From assembly GCF_004010195.1 (NCBI RefSeq), contig NW_025214733.1:1-50000 (forward strand): a stretch of DNA of 50,000 nt, read 5' to 3'. Within the stretch, counting starts at the first letter, position 1, and each line of letters opens with the position of its first letter. A program made the translations under genes and the position numbers. A model generated the notes under the pieces. It saw only the letters and a list, made by a program, of their open reading frames with translations. It had not been told where the DNA came from and did not search any database. Source of the DNA: Chiloscyllium plagiosum. Taxonomy: Eukaryota. Shown in pieces: positions 24,711 through 36,957 of this stretch.

Positions 24711-26274
24711 TTCTTACTGCATCTCCGATTTAAATTTGTGTTCATTCCAATATCATAGAATTTTACAGACCCAAATGAGGCCATTTGACCCATTGTATCT
24801 ATACCAGCTCTCTAAAGTGCCACCCAGCTAGTTTTATTGTTGAGCTCTATTTCCATAGCCCTCTAACATCTTTACTTTCAAATATATATCCATCTTTCTT
24901 TTGAAACCTCCTATGGAATCCACCTTCACACTCTCCCAGCTAGCACCTTTCCAAATCCAAAGAACTTGAGTCATGAAGTTTCTCCTCATCTCACTCCAGT
25001 TCTCTTGCTGACAGTCTTGAAGTTGTGACCCCTAGTTACTGACATACCAAATAGTGTAAACAGAATATCTTTCTTAACCCTGGCAAAATTGTTCATAATT
25101 TTAAACACCTCAGTAAGGTCAAATTTGATTTTTCATTGCTACAAGGTGAATAAGCCCATTTCTCTAATTTTCCTTGTTTGTAAAATCTTTATTTCTGATA
25201 TCATTCCATCATCCAGAACATTTTCTCCAATATGGCTGCTGAATATATAGGCCTTGCACTAAAGATTCCACATTCATTTGGAGGGAAATCATAATATTTC
25301 AAATGTTCCTAGCTGTTAGTGAAGTGTTCCATTGTTGACAAGAATGAAACTGTTCTCAGCTTTGCAGTCTCCTGCTCTCTCCCACTCCTTTCTGTCTATC
25401 TTGTAGCTTCCTGCTCTCTGCCACCTCCACCTCCAGCCTTGCTTTTTATGCCCAGCTTCCATAAGCCTGCATGCAAGCCTTCTGTCAACCCTGAAAGTTT
25501 ATGAATTCCTCAGAGGGCAGACAGCTGTCTTGGCAAAAAAGGCAACTCTTCACCCCATTTATCCATCCAAGCAAAAACGGCAGTTCCCAATCCTGGCTCC
25601 CCCTCTCAGCTTGACTCCAGTACCTGCCATTCCCTTTGTTTTATTTTGGCAAAATGATAAATGCCTCCTGGCTCTGGCCTTTTGCTGCTCCAGCTTGCTG
25701 CCACCCTTCTTCCCCCACTTCCCTGCTCTTGACCTTCCCCAGCCCCAACTTCTGTCTCTTCCCACCACCTCCCCGCCCCCTTAGCCAATCCAACTCCTCA
25801 GGCATTTTCCATGTAAACTATAAATTAGTCAAATGCATTTCTAATTGCCTTCTAAATGTTCGGGAATCTGATTCTACTGCCATTTCAGGTAATACATTCC
25901 AGATCTTAACTCTGTTTGAAGAAGTTTTGTATTTCTCTGTAGCTCTTTCACAAGTTATTTTGATTTTGAATACCTCTATTGTCTTCTCTGCTTAGAATCA
26001 TTGAATAGTAGAGCACAGAAAGAAGCTACTCAACCCATGCTCTGGCACTTTTGGAGAGTATTCATTTCCAATCATACAGTACTGAAGAGGCCCTTTGGCC
26101 CTTGGAGTCTATATTGGCAAAAATACACCACAACTTACATTTGTCCCACTTTCTCACACTCAGTACTTTTTCTGTAAAGATTTGACATGATTTCTTTGAT
26201 TTATGTACACAATACTTATATTTACAAAGCCACAAATTCCACATGCTTCCTGAAACACCTTCTCTATTCATGAT

Positions 26275-26756
26275 TGAATATCCAAACCGTAGACAGAAGG
26301 AAATGGTTTTTTACCTCAAAGATTGTGGGACTCCTCCCAGGACAAAACAGCCCACTTGATTGGTACCGGATCCACGAACATCCAATCCTTCCACCACGAA
26401 TGCTCAGTACTGGTGTATACCATCTACTAGATGCACTGCAGAAATTCGCCAAGGCTGCTTAGATAGTACCTTCCAAACCCATGACCACAACAGTCTAGAA
26501 AATCAAGGACAGCAAATATGTAGCAATGCCACTATCTAAAAGATCCCTTCCAAGCCACTTGCTTGGAAATATATCACCATTCCTTCAATATTGCTGAATC
26601 AAAATTCTGGAACTCCACCTCTAATAGATGTACCTATACCAAATGGATTGCACATTTCAGGAAGGCTGCTTATTACCACCTTCTCAAGACAAAGTAAGGA
26701 TGGGCAATAAATGCTGATCCAACCATCATCATTCACGTCCCTTGAGTGAATAAAAT
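26275..26756 (+). mobile_element. 3' end of a second LINE family (CR1/L2 group)
   Basis: Ends CACCTTCTCAAG...GGATGGGCAATAAATGCTG...GTGAATAAAA. The same tail occurs on the minus strand at ~34870-34962. Confidence 0.65.
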
Positions 26757-28254
26757 CTATGGAACAGGTTACTGGCTGGGATGGATATCCCTGGTACAAA
26801 AGATAGACAGTATAACATTTCTTAAGTTCAGAATGGTCTCCTGGACAAGCTTTGGTCACCAGAGAACATTTTCCAGGTTTCATCCTCAATGACCCCCATA
26901 CTAATAGTCACAGAGCACCTATTGATATATCTTCAACAAAGCTCTTGGCCATCTGTCTGTTCCAATCGAAATGGATCAGTGTTAAATTGTTTGAAACTGT
27001 TCCTATGAAGCATTCTGGGACATTCATTAGCATTTTAAACTTAGTATAATGTAAGTTGTTGGTATTGAGTTTTGTTCAAATGAAACCTGAATACAGTACC
27101 AGAGGGTATTGGAAGCCACGGGAAATATAGCACAGTATAGGCTACTGTCTTAGGGAAAGGAAGAGCATTACGGAGGAGGATATCACCACTTTCAGAACTG
27201 AAAAGAATAATTTCTAATTAGTGGAGCTGATAACTTCAGGCCTTGCATTTACAAAGCCAAATAATGAATTCATGGAACAACAGTTGAACGTTGTGGTATC
27301 AGATTGTTTGTTTTTTTTTATTATCACTGGTGCCCTCTTTGTACTGGAATGGGTGGGGCAAACCCTGAAGTTTGGCTGTTGAGTTGCTGAAGCAGGTGAG
27401 CATTGTGTTGCTAATTGGATATTTTAACTAAATATCTACTCAACAGTATGGTTGACATCTTTAATAGAAAAGCTCAAGGGAATAGGGTAGCAGTCAGAGC
27501 TGTAAATAACACTTTTATCTCTGGTATTATCTTGATTGAGTGTATTGTTCAGTTGTGTATCATACAAAAGACTGCATATTTTGAACTGACCTAGTTAACA
27601 GCTTCATAGAATATAGAAAATAATTTAGAAAAGCTTGACTGTTTATTTTCTGTATAACTTCAGAGTTTATTTTTGTGATGAGTGTCAAGGGACAGTTAAC
27701 ATAAATTGTGGGGGCTTGAGATGATTTTTTTTTGGCCTGCCTTCTTCAGTGAGATCATTCTTTGTTTATTTTCCCTTCTTCCCCCCCCCCCCCCCATCGT
27801 CAACTGTCCTAGGTCTTTGACACTCTAATTAGTGAATAGTTGAGTTAAATTTATTTTGTTCACAATGGTGATCAGATTAGATTAAATTCGAGCACATTGG
27901 ATTTAAATATAATTCAGTTTACTAATGGAATTATATGTAAATACTCAATTGTGCTTTTATCAATGCAGGATGAGCAATGGACGTACGGTTAGTATTTTAT
28001 GGGTTGAATAACTGAAGGACTAATTTAAAACTTAGAGTCATAGAGACGTACAGCATGGAAACAGACCCTTCGGTCCAATTCATCCATGCCGCCCAAATAT
28101 CCCATGCTCTCAATGGTTCTGAAACTCTCACTCTTGTAAATTGAGAAAAGGTAATCAAGTAAAAATGGTGACATATTTCTCAATTTTTGTTACACTTCAC
28201 AAAAAAACTGGAATTTGCATCCCAGTTTTCTTGCGTGTCTCCATCTTCTGCCAA

Positions 28255-28404
28255 GACTTGGAGGAGCCGGTGTTGGACTGGGGTGGACAAAATTAAAAAT
28301 CTCACAATACCAGGTTATAGTCCAATAGGAAGAATCAGTGCTTCGAAAGCTAGTGTTTCCAAATAAATCTGTTGGACTATAACCTGGTGTTGTGATTTTT
28401 AACT
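28255..28404. mobile_element. Palindromic Penelope-type tail mini-element (family C) with hammerhead remnant
   Basis: Left arm TTAAAAATCTCACAATACCAGGTTATAGTCCAATAG is the reverse complement of right arm CTGTTGGACTATAACCTGGTGTTGTGATTTTTAA. The centre holds GAAGAATCAGTGCTTC-GAAAGCTA-GTG (28345-28352). Confidence 0.7.
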
Positions 28405-29190
28405 CAACCTTCTGCAACATTGTAAATGGCTATTCCACACCTTAATTGTGCACCCTGTGAGAAATTAACATTTTCATTTCTAGCCGTTTGAGACCCAAAG
28501 ATTGTTTCAATCAGGGTATGATTTGGACTAATCTCGCAGGTTATAGATTGCATCCACTCAAGTGCTGCTCTCACCTTCTGGTAACCACGCAGACACATTT
28601 TATACATGAATTTGGTAGAATATATTCATCCATTGCAATATTAAAAACAAACTCCACAGATACTGCACATGGGAAAGGAACTTAAGTGACAGTAGTCCAA
28701 GGTGGTAGTGCTCACAGGCTTAAGGGTTGCTGTTGTGGAAACCTCAAAGTTCTGCAGTGCATCTTGCAGACAGTACACACATCAGCCACAATGTGCTAGT
28801 GGAGGGAATGAATATTAAAGGCAGGGAAGGGTGAAGTCCTAATTAAGCAAGCTGCTTTATGACCTTCTTGTGACAACCTGTTCTCAGCAGCTTGCCAATC
28901 TGTTCTTACCACTTGTCAAAGGTTTGTCCAGCAACCTGTATTGCTGTTCAATCCAAGTAGCTGAATATTGGGAAATTTGACCCATGAGAAATTTTGTCCT
29001 ACGATCATGCCCAGCTGTTCCACAGAGCAGCCATTTTTCAGTATTGTTTAAGATTGTCTAAAGTACTGGTCCAAGATAAAATTCAGCATTACTAATTCTG
29101 ATATGCAATGAAAGAAATGATCTAAGGTGGAATGGTGTATTTTTTTTTCTCTGACTATCTTAATTTTTCTTTGGCAGATGTGAGGCTTAA

Positions 29191-29730
29191 ATGGGTCCAG
29201 TTATTGGCATGTCTCCAACGAAGAAAACTGAGACCCCAGGAATAGGGGAGACTTGCAGTTTGAATTCAAGTTGCCCCATTGACAGTTTGCCAGACATGGC
29301 TGGTGCAACAAGCATGAAAGCCATTTCTGCAAACAAAGGAATAATGGATGATGAAGAGCTCACAAACCTGAACTGGCTTCATGAAAATAAAAATCTCCTA
29401 AAAAACTTCAGCCTGGGTAATGAGGTGCTTCGCAGTGTTAGTCCTACACGTGACATCACTGAAGAAGATTCTATGTCTTCACCTCTTTCAGATTCTCTGA
29501 ACAATGACCAGCGCGGATTAAACTCCAAGCCTCCATATTCTTTCAGCTGCCTTATTTTTATGGCAATTGAACACTCGGCCAGAAAATGCCTTCCAGTTAA
29601 GGATATTTATAATTGGATATTGGAACGTTTCCCATATTTTACCAATGCACCTACTGGTTGGAAGAACTCTGTTAGGCACAATCTTTCCTTGAACAAATGT
29701 TTCCGGAAGGTGGAGAAAGACCATGGCAAG
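29191..29730 (+). CDS. FOXN2: Forkhead box N2 (FOXN2/3 subfamily), first coding exon: N-terminus plus most of the forkhead domain
   Basis: Translates as MGPVIGMSP...[13 protein letters not shown]...[65 protein letters not shown]. Acceptor ttttctttggcag ends at 29177 and donor AAG|GTAAGC starts at 29731, phase 0 (540 nt). MGPVIGM, EHS..KCLPVK and HGK match my recollection of FOXN2 rather than FOXN3. Confidence 0.92.
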
Positions 29731-30264
29731 GTAAGCATACGTTGCTCAATGCCTCAACGTTATCCATGTCTTCTACTTAATAGCTGTCAGCTAGTAGGTG
29801 TACAATACTGGAAATTGGGTGTCACACTTACTAGTAAGAGTAAGGTTCAGATTTGATTCCTGGTCTGTGTCTGTATTTAATAAATATGAGCATTGATGGA
29901 AATTAAACTAGAGTTCCTGCTTCCAAATATTTTAGTTTTCTAGCAGAATTCCTGGATGTAAGTGCTATGTCATGATGAGAGGCTGAGTAGGTCAGGCCTT
30001 TATTTATTGTGTATGGAAACGTAGAAAATTGTGAGCAAACTGAGTGGAGAAGATGCATCCACTCACGAAGGGAATTTGAAACAAGATGGGCACAGTTTCA
30101 AATGAGATTTCTCATTTCAGGCTGGGAAGGAGGTATTCCTATTTTCAGAGGCTCATGTGTTTTTGGAATCTGTTTTCCAGAGATTTGAAGGCAGGATCTT
30201 AGAGTATATCCATAGTTGGGTTCTGCAGATTTCTGATCCACTCTGGTTAAGTATTATGATTGAA

Positions 30265-31745
30265 AGTAATGTGATGGATGTTATTGATATGGACTTTAGC
30301 AAGGGCTTTGACAAGGTCCCTCATTGTAGGCTGTTACAGGAGGTGAAGTCACTTAAGGAGTGGCTCAATTGTTAGCACTGTTGCCTTAAGTGCCAGGGAC
30401 CCGGGTTTGATTCCAGCCTTGGGCGACTGTCTGTGGAGTTTGCACACTTTTGCCCGTGTCTGCATGGGTTTCCTCCAGGTGCTCCGGTTTCCTCCCACAG
30501 TCCAAAGATGTGCAGGTTAGATGAATTGGCCATGCTGAATTGCCCATAGTGTTCAGGGATGTCTGGGTTAGGTGCATTAGTCAGGGGTACATGTAGGGTA
30601 ATAGGGTAGGGGAGTGGTTCTGGCTGGGATACTCTTTGGAGGGTCAGTGTGGACTTGGTGATCCATGGCGAGTTGGTAAGATGGATACAAACCTGGGTTG
30701 GTCACAAGACTGAGTAGCGTTAGAAAGGTGTTTTCCAACTGGAGATCTGTGACCAGGGTGTCCTTACTTGTAATATAAGTAATTTTGGAGGAGAATGTAA
30801 GTTTGTGGATGACACCAAAGTGGGGCAGCAGCAGATAGTGAGGAGGATTGCCAGAGGATACAACAGCAAATAGATAGGCCGGAGACTTGGGTGGAGATAT
30901 GGGAGATGGAATTTAGTCCATACAAATGTGAGGTAATGCAGGAGGGAAGTATACAGTAAATGGCAGAATCCTTAATAGCATTAACATATAGAGAGATCTA
31001 TAGCTCCACAGTTTCCTCAAAGTGGCAACACGAGTGGATAAGGAGGTTGAGAAGCTCTACGGCATGTTTTCTTTCATCAGTTAGGACATAGAGTATAAAA
31101 TTTGGCAAGTTGTGATTGTATGGAACTTTATGCAAACATTCCAAATGGTTTAACTAAAGTTTTGGTCACCACATCGCCAGAAAGATGTGGAGGCTTTGGA
31201 GAGGGCACAGAAAAGGTTTGCGTGTCACCATAGCCTTAGCAGATTAAAGGGCTGCTCTCTCATTAGACTGAAAAGGTTTACCAGAATGTTATCTGGTTTG
31301 GGAGCTATTAGCTGTGAGGAGAGATTGGACAAACTTAGTTTGTTTTCACTTGAATGTCAAAGGCTGAGGGGGCGACCTGATAGAGGTTTACATAAGTTTG
31401 AGAGGAATGGATAGTTGGAATCTTTTCCCAGCTTAGAAATGTCAGTTATTAAAGGACATAGGTGTGAGGTAAAAAGGAAAATGTTTAAGTGAGATGTGAG
31501 AGGCAAATGTTTTTTTATACAGATGGTGGTAAATGCCTAGAATGCACTGCCAGAGGAGCTGGTAGAAGCGGGTACAAAAGCAATATTTAAGAGGCATCTT
31601 AACAGATACTTGATTAGGCAGGGAGGGAATAGACGTCTACAGACAACGTAGAGGCAAATGGTTTTTTGTTTACAAAGGCATTGAGCTAGTGCAGGCTTGT
31701 CAGCCGAAGGGCCATCCCTGTGTTGAGCTGTGTTAGTTCTTTGTT
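30265..31745 (+). mobile_element. CR1 LINE fragment, host to a SINE and a 50-bp insertion
   Basis: MDFSKGFDKVPH, KFVDDTK and ALERAQKRF.RML motifs, with tail TGTGTTAGTTCTTTGT. Confidence 0.9.
30357..30658 (+). mobile_element. V-SINE (HE1-type shark SINE)
   Basis: tRNA head TGGCTCAATTGTTAGCACTG...GGTTTGATTCC and V-domain GTGGAGTTTGCAC...GGGTTTCCTCCAGGTGCTCCGGTTTCCTCCCACAGTCCAAAGATGTGCAGGTTAG. Confidence 0.9.
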
Positions 31746-32334
31746 ATGGAGGATGTGCAGGAAAGTGGAGTTCAGGCCACAATCTGATCGTATTGATAAG
31801 CACAGTAATGTCAAAAGGCCAAATGGCCAACTCTATTTTTTCTACTTTCTTTTATCCTGAAGTATTATCACCACCAATAAATCACCTGTTTTTCCACTGA
31901 TGAAATTATGTGCAATGTTTGGCAAGGGCAATGCAGAGCTTCTATTTCTTGTGTTTTTATGTAACTAAGTTCAGTTGTGGTTTTCTTTTGACTGAAGTTG
32001 CAAATTAAGAATAGACACTTGGGTGGGGAGGAGATACAGGAGGAGTTCTATACCAGTTGAACTATAACCTCTGAGTCACCAGGAGAGTGGCTGATATGTG
32101 TAAACATTATTATACTGAGACGTTGGTGGTTTTGATGGAGTTCATAATCTTTGGAATGAAAGTTTTCAAATTATTAATAAATAATGGATCTATAACAGAT
32201 TTTAAAAAAATAATATAGAAACTTATGAGTAATCTAGAGTAGAGTACTTGTATCCACAAATCTGTCCTGTCCTTTTATGGCAGCCATTTTCAACGGTTTT
32301 GGTTTCTAATGGATTAGTAATTATGGATTCACCA

Positions 32335-32650
32335 TCCAGATTGCAGCACCGTATGACCCTCTACATTTTGTCTCACCGGTGTAAAGGTGAGCAATGAGTA
32401 CTGCAGACCAGATTGAATGAAGTGCAGGTAAATCACTGTTTCACCTGGAAGGTGGCTGGAGCCTTTGATAGTGAGGAGTGAGAAGGTAAATGGGAAGGAG
32501 TTGCACCTTCTGATTGCATGGGAAGGTGTTACTAGTGGAAGAGTAATGGATCAGAAAATTCTGGAAGGAATGGTCCCTGTGAAATGCTAACAAGGTAGCG
32601 GAGGGTAATACGTGTTTGCTGGTATCCTGCTGGAAGTGATGGAAATGGTG
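32335..32650 (-). mobile_element. Old Penelope-like fragment (linker/GIY-YIG region)
   Basis: Similar in layout to 48820-49150 (…GGGAAGGTG…GGAAGGAATGGTCCCTGTGAAATGC…GGAAATGG) but more diverged. Confidence 0.5.
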
Positions 32651-33258
32651 CCCAGGTTAAGACCACTGTTTTCAGGCCACTGTTTAATTGTAGCACTGCT
32701 GAGTCTAATTCTCTTGGTCAACAGAAGCAGATTCGTAATCGCTTTAGGAGTTCTCTGGATCTCTTTTTTTTCTTGTTGGGGAGGGTTAGGTTATTTCATT
32801 GTCAGAAAACTCAGTAGGAAATAGCCGGATTTCTTTTTTATTTTGTTTCTTTTCAAGTTTCTTTATCTGTGATTATTCACTGTTTATTTAAAACTTCATT
32901 TCAGGCGTGACTTATAAACTTAAAAGCGTGTCAAAAAATTTTATTCTGTTTGTTTACACTTTTCCTATGTTTAGATTTTTTTGAGCCTGTCTGGCTTCAG
33001 AATGTAAAATTTTACTCCCACACAAAGGCAAAAATCATCTGTTTTGTAATGATCTTTTCACCTTGCTTCATGTTGTTTCTGCTACCACAAAGTTAGAATC
33101 TGAAGTAAAAGGCACAAGTTAATTTGTCTGCAAAATTGTAATGTGCATGCATTTGCAGACATTGGTAACTCTAGTATTCCTATTCGAGACATGTATATTC
33201 TCCATGTTCTAAGATATTTAAGGTGCTATATACAGAACAACCTTGATTATTTGAATAA

Positions 33259-34262
33259 GAGGTGTGGGCGCAGGTTTCGCAATTCCTGTGGTGGCAGGGG
33301 AAGGTGCCGGGAGGGGAGGGTGGGTTGGTTGGGGGCCTGGACCTGACTAGGGAGTTGCAGAGGGAACTGTCTTTATGGAAAGCGGATGAGGGAAATATAT
33401 GGGGTCCATTTGTAGATGGTGGAGGATGATATGATGTATATGGAGGCTGGTGGGGTAGGAGGTGAGAACCAGGGAGGGTTCTGTCCTTGTTGCGGGTGGA
33501 GGGGTGGGTTTCAAGGGCGCAGGTGCAGGAAGTGGATGATATACCCTGGAGGGCATAATCAACCACGTGGGACGGGAAATTGCGGTCTTTAAAGAATGAG
33601 GTCATCTGGTCTGTTCTGTGGTGGAACGGGTCCTCCAGCAGATGAGGTGGAGGAATTGGGAATAAGGGATAGCATTTTTACAGGAGGCAGGATGGGAGGA
33701 GGTGTAGTCTAGGTAGCTGTGGGAGTCAGTGGGTTTGTAGATGTCAGTGTTGGTCACCATTGACTGAGATGGAGAGGTCCAGGAAGGGGAGGGAGGTGTC
33801 TGAGATGGCCCAGATGAATTTAAGGTCTGGGTGGAATGAATTGGTGAAGTTGATGAACTGTTCAACCTCCTTGTGTCACCAATGCCGTCATCAATGTAGG
33901 GGAGGAAAAGGCGGGAAATGGTGCCAGTGTAACTATGGAATTTGGGCTGTTCCACGTAGCTGACAGAGGCCACAGCTGTGCCTGTCCATATGGGTGCCCA
34001 TGGCTACCCCCTTTCGTCTGGAGGAAGCGGGGGGATTCAAAGGAGAAATTATTGAGGGTGAAGACCAGTTCAGCCAAACAAATGAGAAGGTCAGTGGAAG
34101 GGTACTGGGAGAGGAAGAAACTGAGGGCTTCGAGGCCCTGGTCATGGTGGATCGAGGTGTGTAGGGACCGGATGTCCATGGTGAAGATGAGGCTTTGGAG
34201 TCCAGGGTGGAGGTGGAGGGTATGGGTGGTGCCCAGAACATATGTGGGGAGTTCCTGGACTG
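33259..34262 (-). mobile_element. Penelope-like element (Neptune-type) RT/thumb/Cys-linker, inverted segment
   Basis: Frameshifted peptides MDIRSLHTSIHH, LNNFSFE, GVAMGT, YIDDGIG, YKPTDSHSYLDYTSSHP..CKNAIPYSQFL and PGTFPCHHRNCETCAH. Confidence 0.9.
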
Positions 34263-34272
34263 GGGGGGGGGC

Positions 34273-34725
34273 TCGCCTCCATCGCCACCCGACACCAGGA
34301 GGAAGAACGCCTCATCTTCCGCCTAGGGACCTTCCAAGCCCATGGCAGCAATGTGGACTTAACCAGTTTCCTCATTTTCTCCCCCCTCCCCCCCGGCAAA
34401 CAACCTTATCCCAGATTCAACCTTCCAACTTGGCACCGCCTCATGACCTGTCCCTCTCCCTTACACCTATCTGCTCCACTCTCCCCTCTGACCTAACACC
34501 TTTACCCCCACCTCCATCCACCTATCTCACTCTCAGCTACCTCTCCCCCAGCCCCACCCCTCCACTTATCTCTCCACCTCCTAGACTCCCAGCCTCATTC
34601 CTGATGAAGGTCTTTTGCCCAAAACTTCGACTCTCTTGCTCCTCGGATGCTGCCTGACCTGTTGTGGTTTTCCAGCACCACACACTCTATTCTAATCTGC
34701 AGCATCTGCAGTCCTCACTTTCGTC
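34273..34725 (+). mobile_element. Penelope-like element 3' end (GIY-YIG C-terminus plus tail with degenerate hammerhead)
   Basis: EEERLIFRLGTFQAHGSNVD, a pyrimidine-rich UTR, and ATTC-CTGATGA(34601-34607)-AGGTC-TTTT-GCCC-AAAACTTC. Confidence 0.88.
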
Positions 34726-36044
34726 CTGTAAGGCAATTAGGCTTGAAGAGCTAAATCTCACCTTTTTGAGTTATCTTTTCAACCTGTCCAGATTCAATAT
34801 GGAGGTCAGATGTTTTGGGTCATAATCTTTACTCCAGGTTTTGCTGAAGAAGCTTTTCAAAATGTACTTGTTCCTGGAATGTGGGTGTAGCTGACTGGGT
34901 CAGCATTTATTGCCCATCCTTACTGCTGATTAGAAAGTGGTGATGAGCAGCTGTCTTGAGCAACTGTTCACGTTAGTGACAATTTTGCTATTTTCTCAAT
35001 TTACAGATCTCCTCTAAAGTAATCTTTTATTTCTTGTCCTGTTACTGGCTTCATCTCCTGAGATGGGGAAATTGGCATAAATCTTTAGAAATTATAGTAT
35101 TGTTAATAGTGCTTCATTGTTTAATTTAGCTTTTGATGCAATTTTTCTTTTGTTTATAAATGTGAAATCTTCTATCTTAGCTTTTGGATAATTATGGGTT
35201 GTTGGGATTTCTTACCAAAGGTTAATTGACTCAAATGGAACCGTAACATAGAATACAGTTCTATGTTTGCTCGTGACCCAAAGCACCTCGTGGATGAGCT
35301 GCTTTGAGTGGCTGGATTTGTTACACATCTATCCCATTTAGCATGGTACTGGTGCTACACAATATGATGAATGGTATCTTCATTGTGAAGACATGACTTT
35401 GTGACAGAATTGTGCAGTGGTCACTCATAACTAAATAGTGCATCAGGTACTTAGTCAGTATGGCAGTCTTAAGCTGAAACATCCATGTCAGCTAGACCAG
35501 CTAATCAGTCTTATTTTCCAGCTCTAATGCTGTAGTCCTGCAAGTTATTTCCTCCCATTTCCTTTTTTAAATTGTTGATTTGAATGTTTGTTGAAGATGC
35601 AATGAAGCAGGTCTTTCCTCTCTCAAGTTTGTTCGCTCATGACCTATTGGAGGTCAGTCTGACGTTATGTTCTTTAAGCATCTTGTCAGCTCAGTTATTA
35701 GTGCCGCTGAGCCATTCTTAGTGATTAACATTTATGCTCCCTACCCAGAAAACATTTTGTGCCCTTGCTACCTTAAGAACTTTTTCCAAATGGTGTTTAA
35801 CATGGGGGAGTTCTAATTTATTAGCTGAGGGAGGGCAGTGGATGGTAATCAGCAACAGGTTTCCTTTACCTATATTTGACATGATACCATATGGCTTTGT
35901 GGTGTCTGGGTGTGTTGAAGGCTACCACAGCAATTCCCTGCTGACAGTATTCTACCATGCTGCCACCTTTGGATCAACCTGCTACTGAGAACGGTGATTG
36001 ATACTGGCTTAAATTCTGTGACCATTGCTAATTTGGACTTACAA

Positions 36045-36136
36045 ACAAAAGCTGGAGAACCTCAGCAGATCTGGCAGCATCTGTGGAGAGGAAATAGAGT
36101 TAACATTTTGAGTCCAATGATCCTTCTTCAGAACAG
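36045..36136 (-). mobile_element. Penelope-tail fragment (family B) with degenerate hammerhead
   Basis: Minus strand reads GTT-CTGAAGA-AGGATC-ATTG-GACTC-AAAAT-GTT-AACTC...CAGATGCTGCCAGATCTGCTGAG. Homologous to 5161-5213. Confidence 0.75.
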
Positions 36137-36839
36137 ACCCTTCTTCCAGCATCCCTAGTTCTTTGTTTTACTTTACTATATTGTTCGGCTACTCTATGGG
36201 ACGGGTATGTTTTCTGATTTTGGCATTGTTTCCCCAGATGTTAATTCAGGGGACTTGGCAGAATCGAATGGGCTAGGCTTTTGTGTGCTGGTGCTGAGAT
36301 CTGGTTTTATTCTTCTTAGACTTTTTCATGAATTAGGTGGCTTGCTGAGCTATCTCAGTTGGCAGTCGAGAGTGGATTTCCATCCTTGTATGACATTAGA
36401 GAACTAAATGGTATTTGTCACAACAATCCAGGAATATTCTTACTGAAAATAGCCTTTCTTTTCATGATTTGTATAATAATCTAAATTTAACTTCTCCAGC
36501 TGGCAAATATTTTCACTTGGTTACGTATCTAGCAACATAGGTCCGATGATATTCTGCCACAGCTTTTGTTTATCTTTGGCCATTGCAAGAAAGTAGCAAA
36601 ATGATAAGGACCAGGTCACTTTGGGTGACATTAATAAAGATGTGAAAATACTACAACTAGGAATCAATGTTCAGAAGCAACAATCTTGGCTGATTATTTT
36701 GCTGAGAGGTTAATTGAATCATTTCTTTATGAGCTTAGCTAATTTATAAAAAAAATTAAAGATCAAACCTGAGGTTGTTTTGTTTATGTAGCCGAAAGCC
36801 ACATTTGATACTTTGTTGTACTGAGTTATAATCTTAATC

Positions 36840-36957
36840 AATATTTTCTGATCTACTTGTTCCGTGTGGTTATGACACCTCCGGAGCAAGAAGAACTTGA
36901 ACCTGGCCTCCTGGCTTAGAGGCAAGGGCATTACTACTGCATCACAAGGGCTCCCCT
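36840..36957 (-). mobile_element. Short tRNA-derived SINE (same family as 18505-18615)
   Basis: Its reverse complement resembles 18505-18615, including the B-box GGTTCAAGTT. Confidence 0.6.

Noticed and set aside
29731..29856. C-terminal 41 aa of the 221-aa ORF (VSIRCSMPQ...)
   Set aside because: Read-through into the intron past a GTAAGC donor. The forkhead domain resumes at 45707.
30357..30415. tRNA-like sequences with A and B boxes (also 18505, 36900, 39415, 41350)
   Set aside because: These are SINE heads that run into SINE bodies, and no complete cloverleaf is evident.
18915..34630. Idea that sense-strand hammerheads within FOXN2 were selectively inactivated
   Set aside because: Antisense intronic copies (36101, 48374) are mutated too, most changes are ordinary CpG decay, and the sample is too small.
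33935..34657. 240-aa + strand ORF, and the 223-aa ORF at 48442-49113
   Set aside because: Antisense or mostly off-frame readings of Penelope-like sequence, with no coherent host protein.
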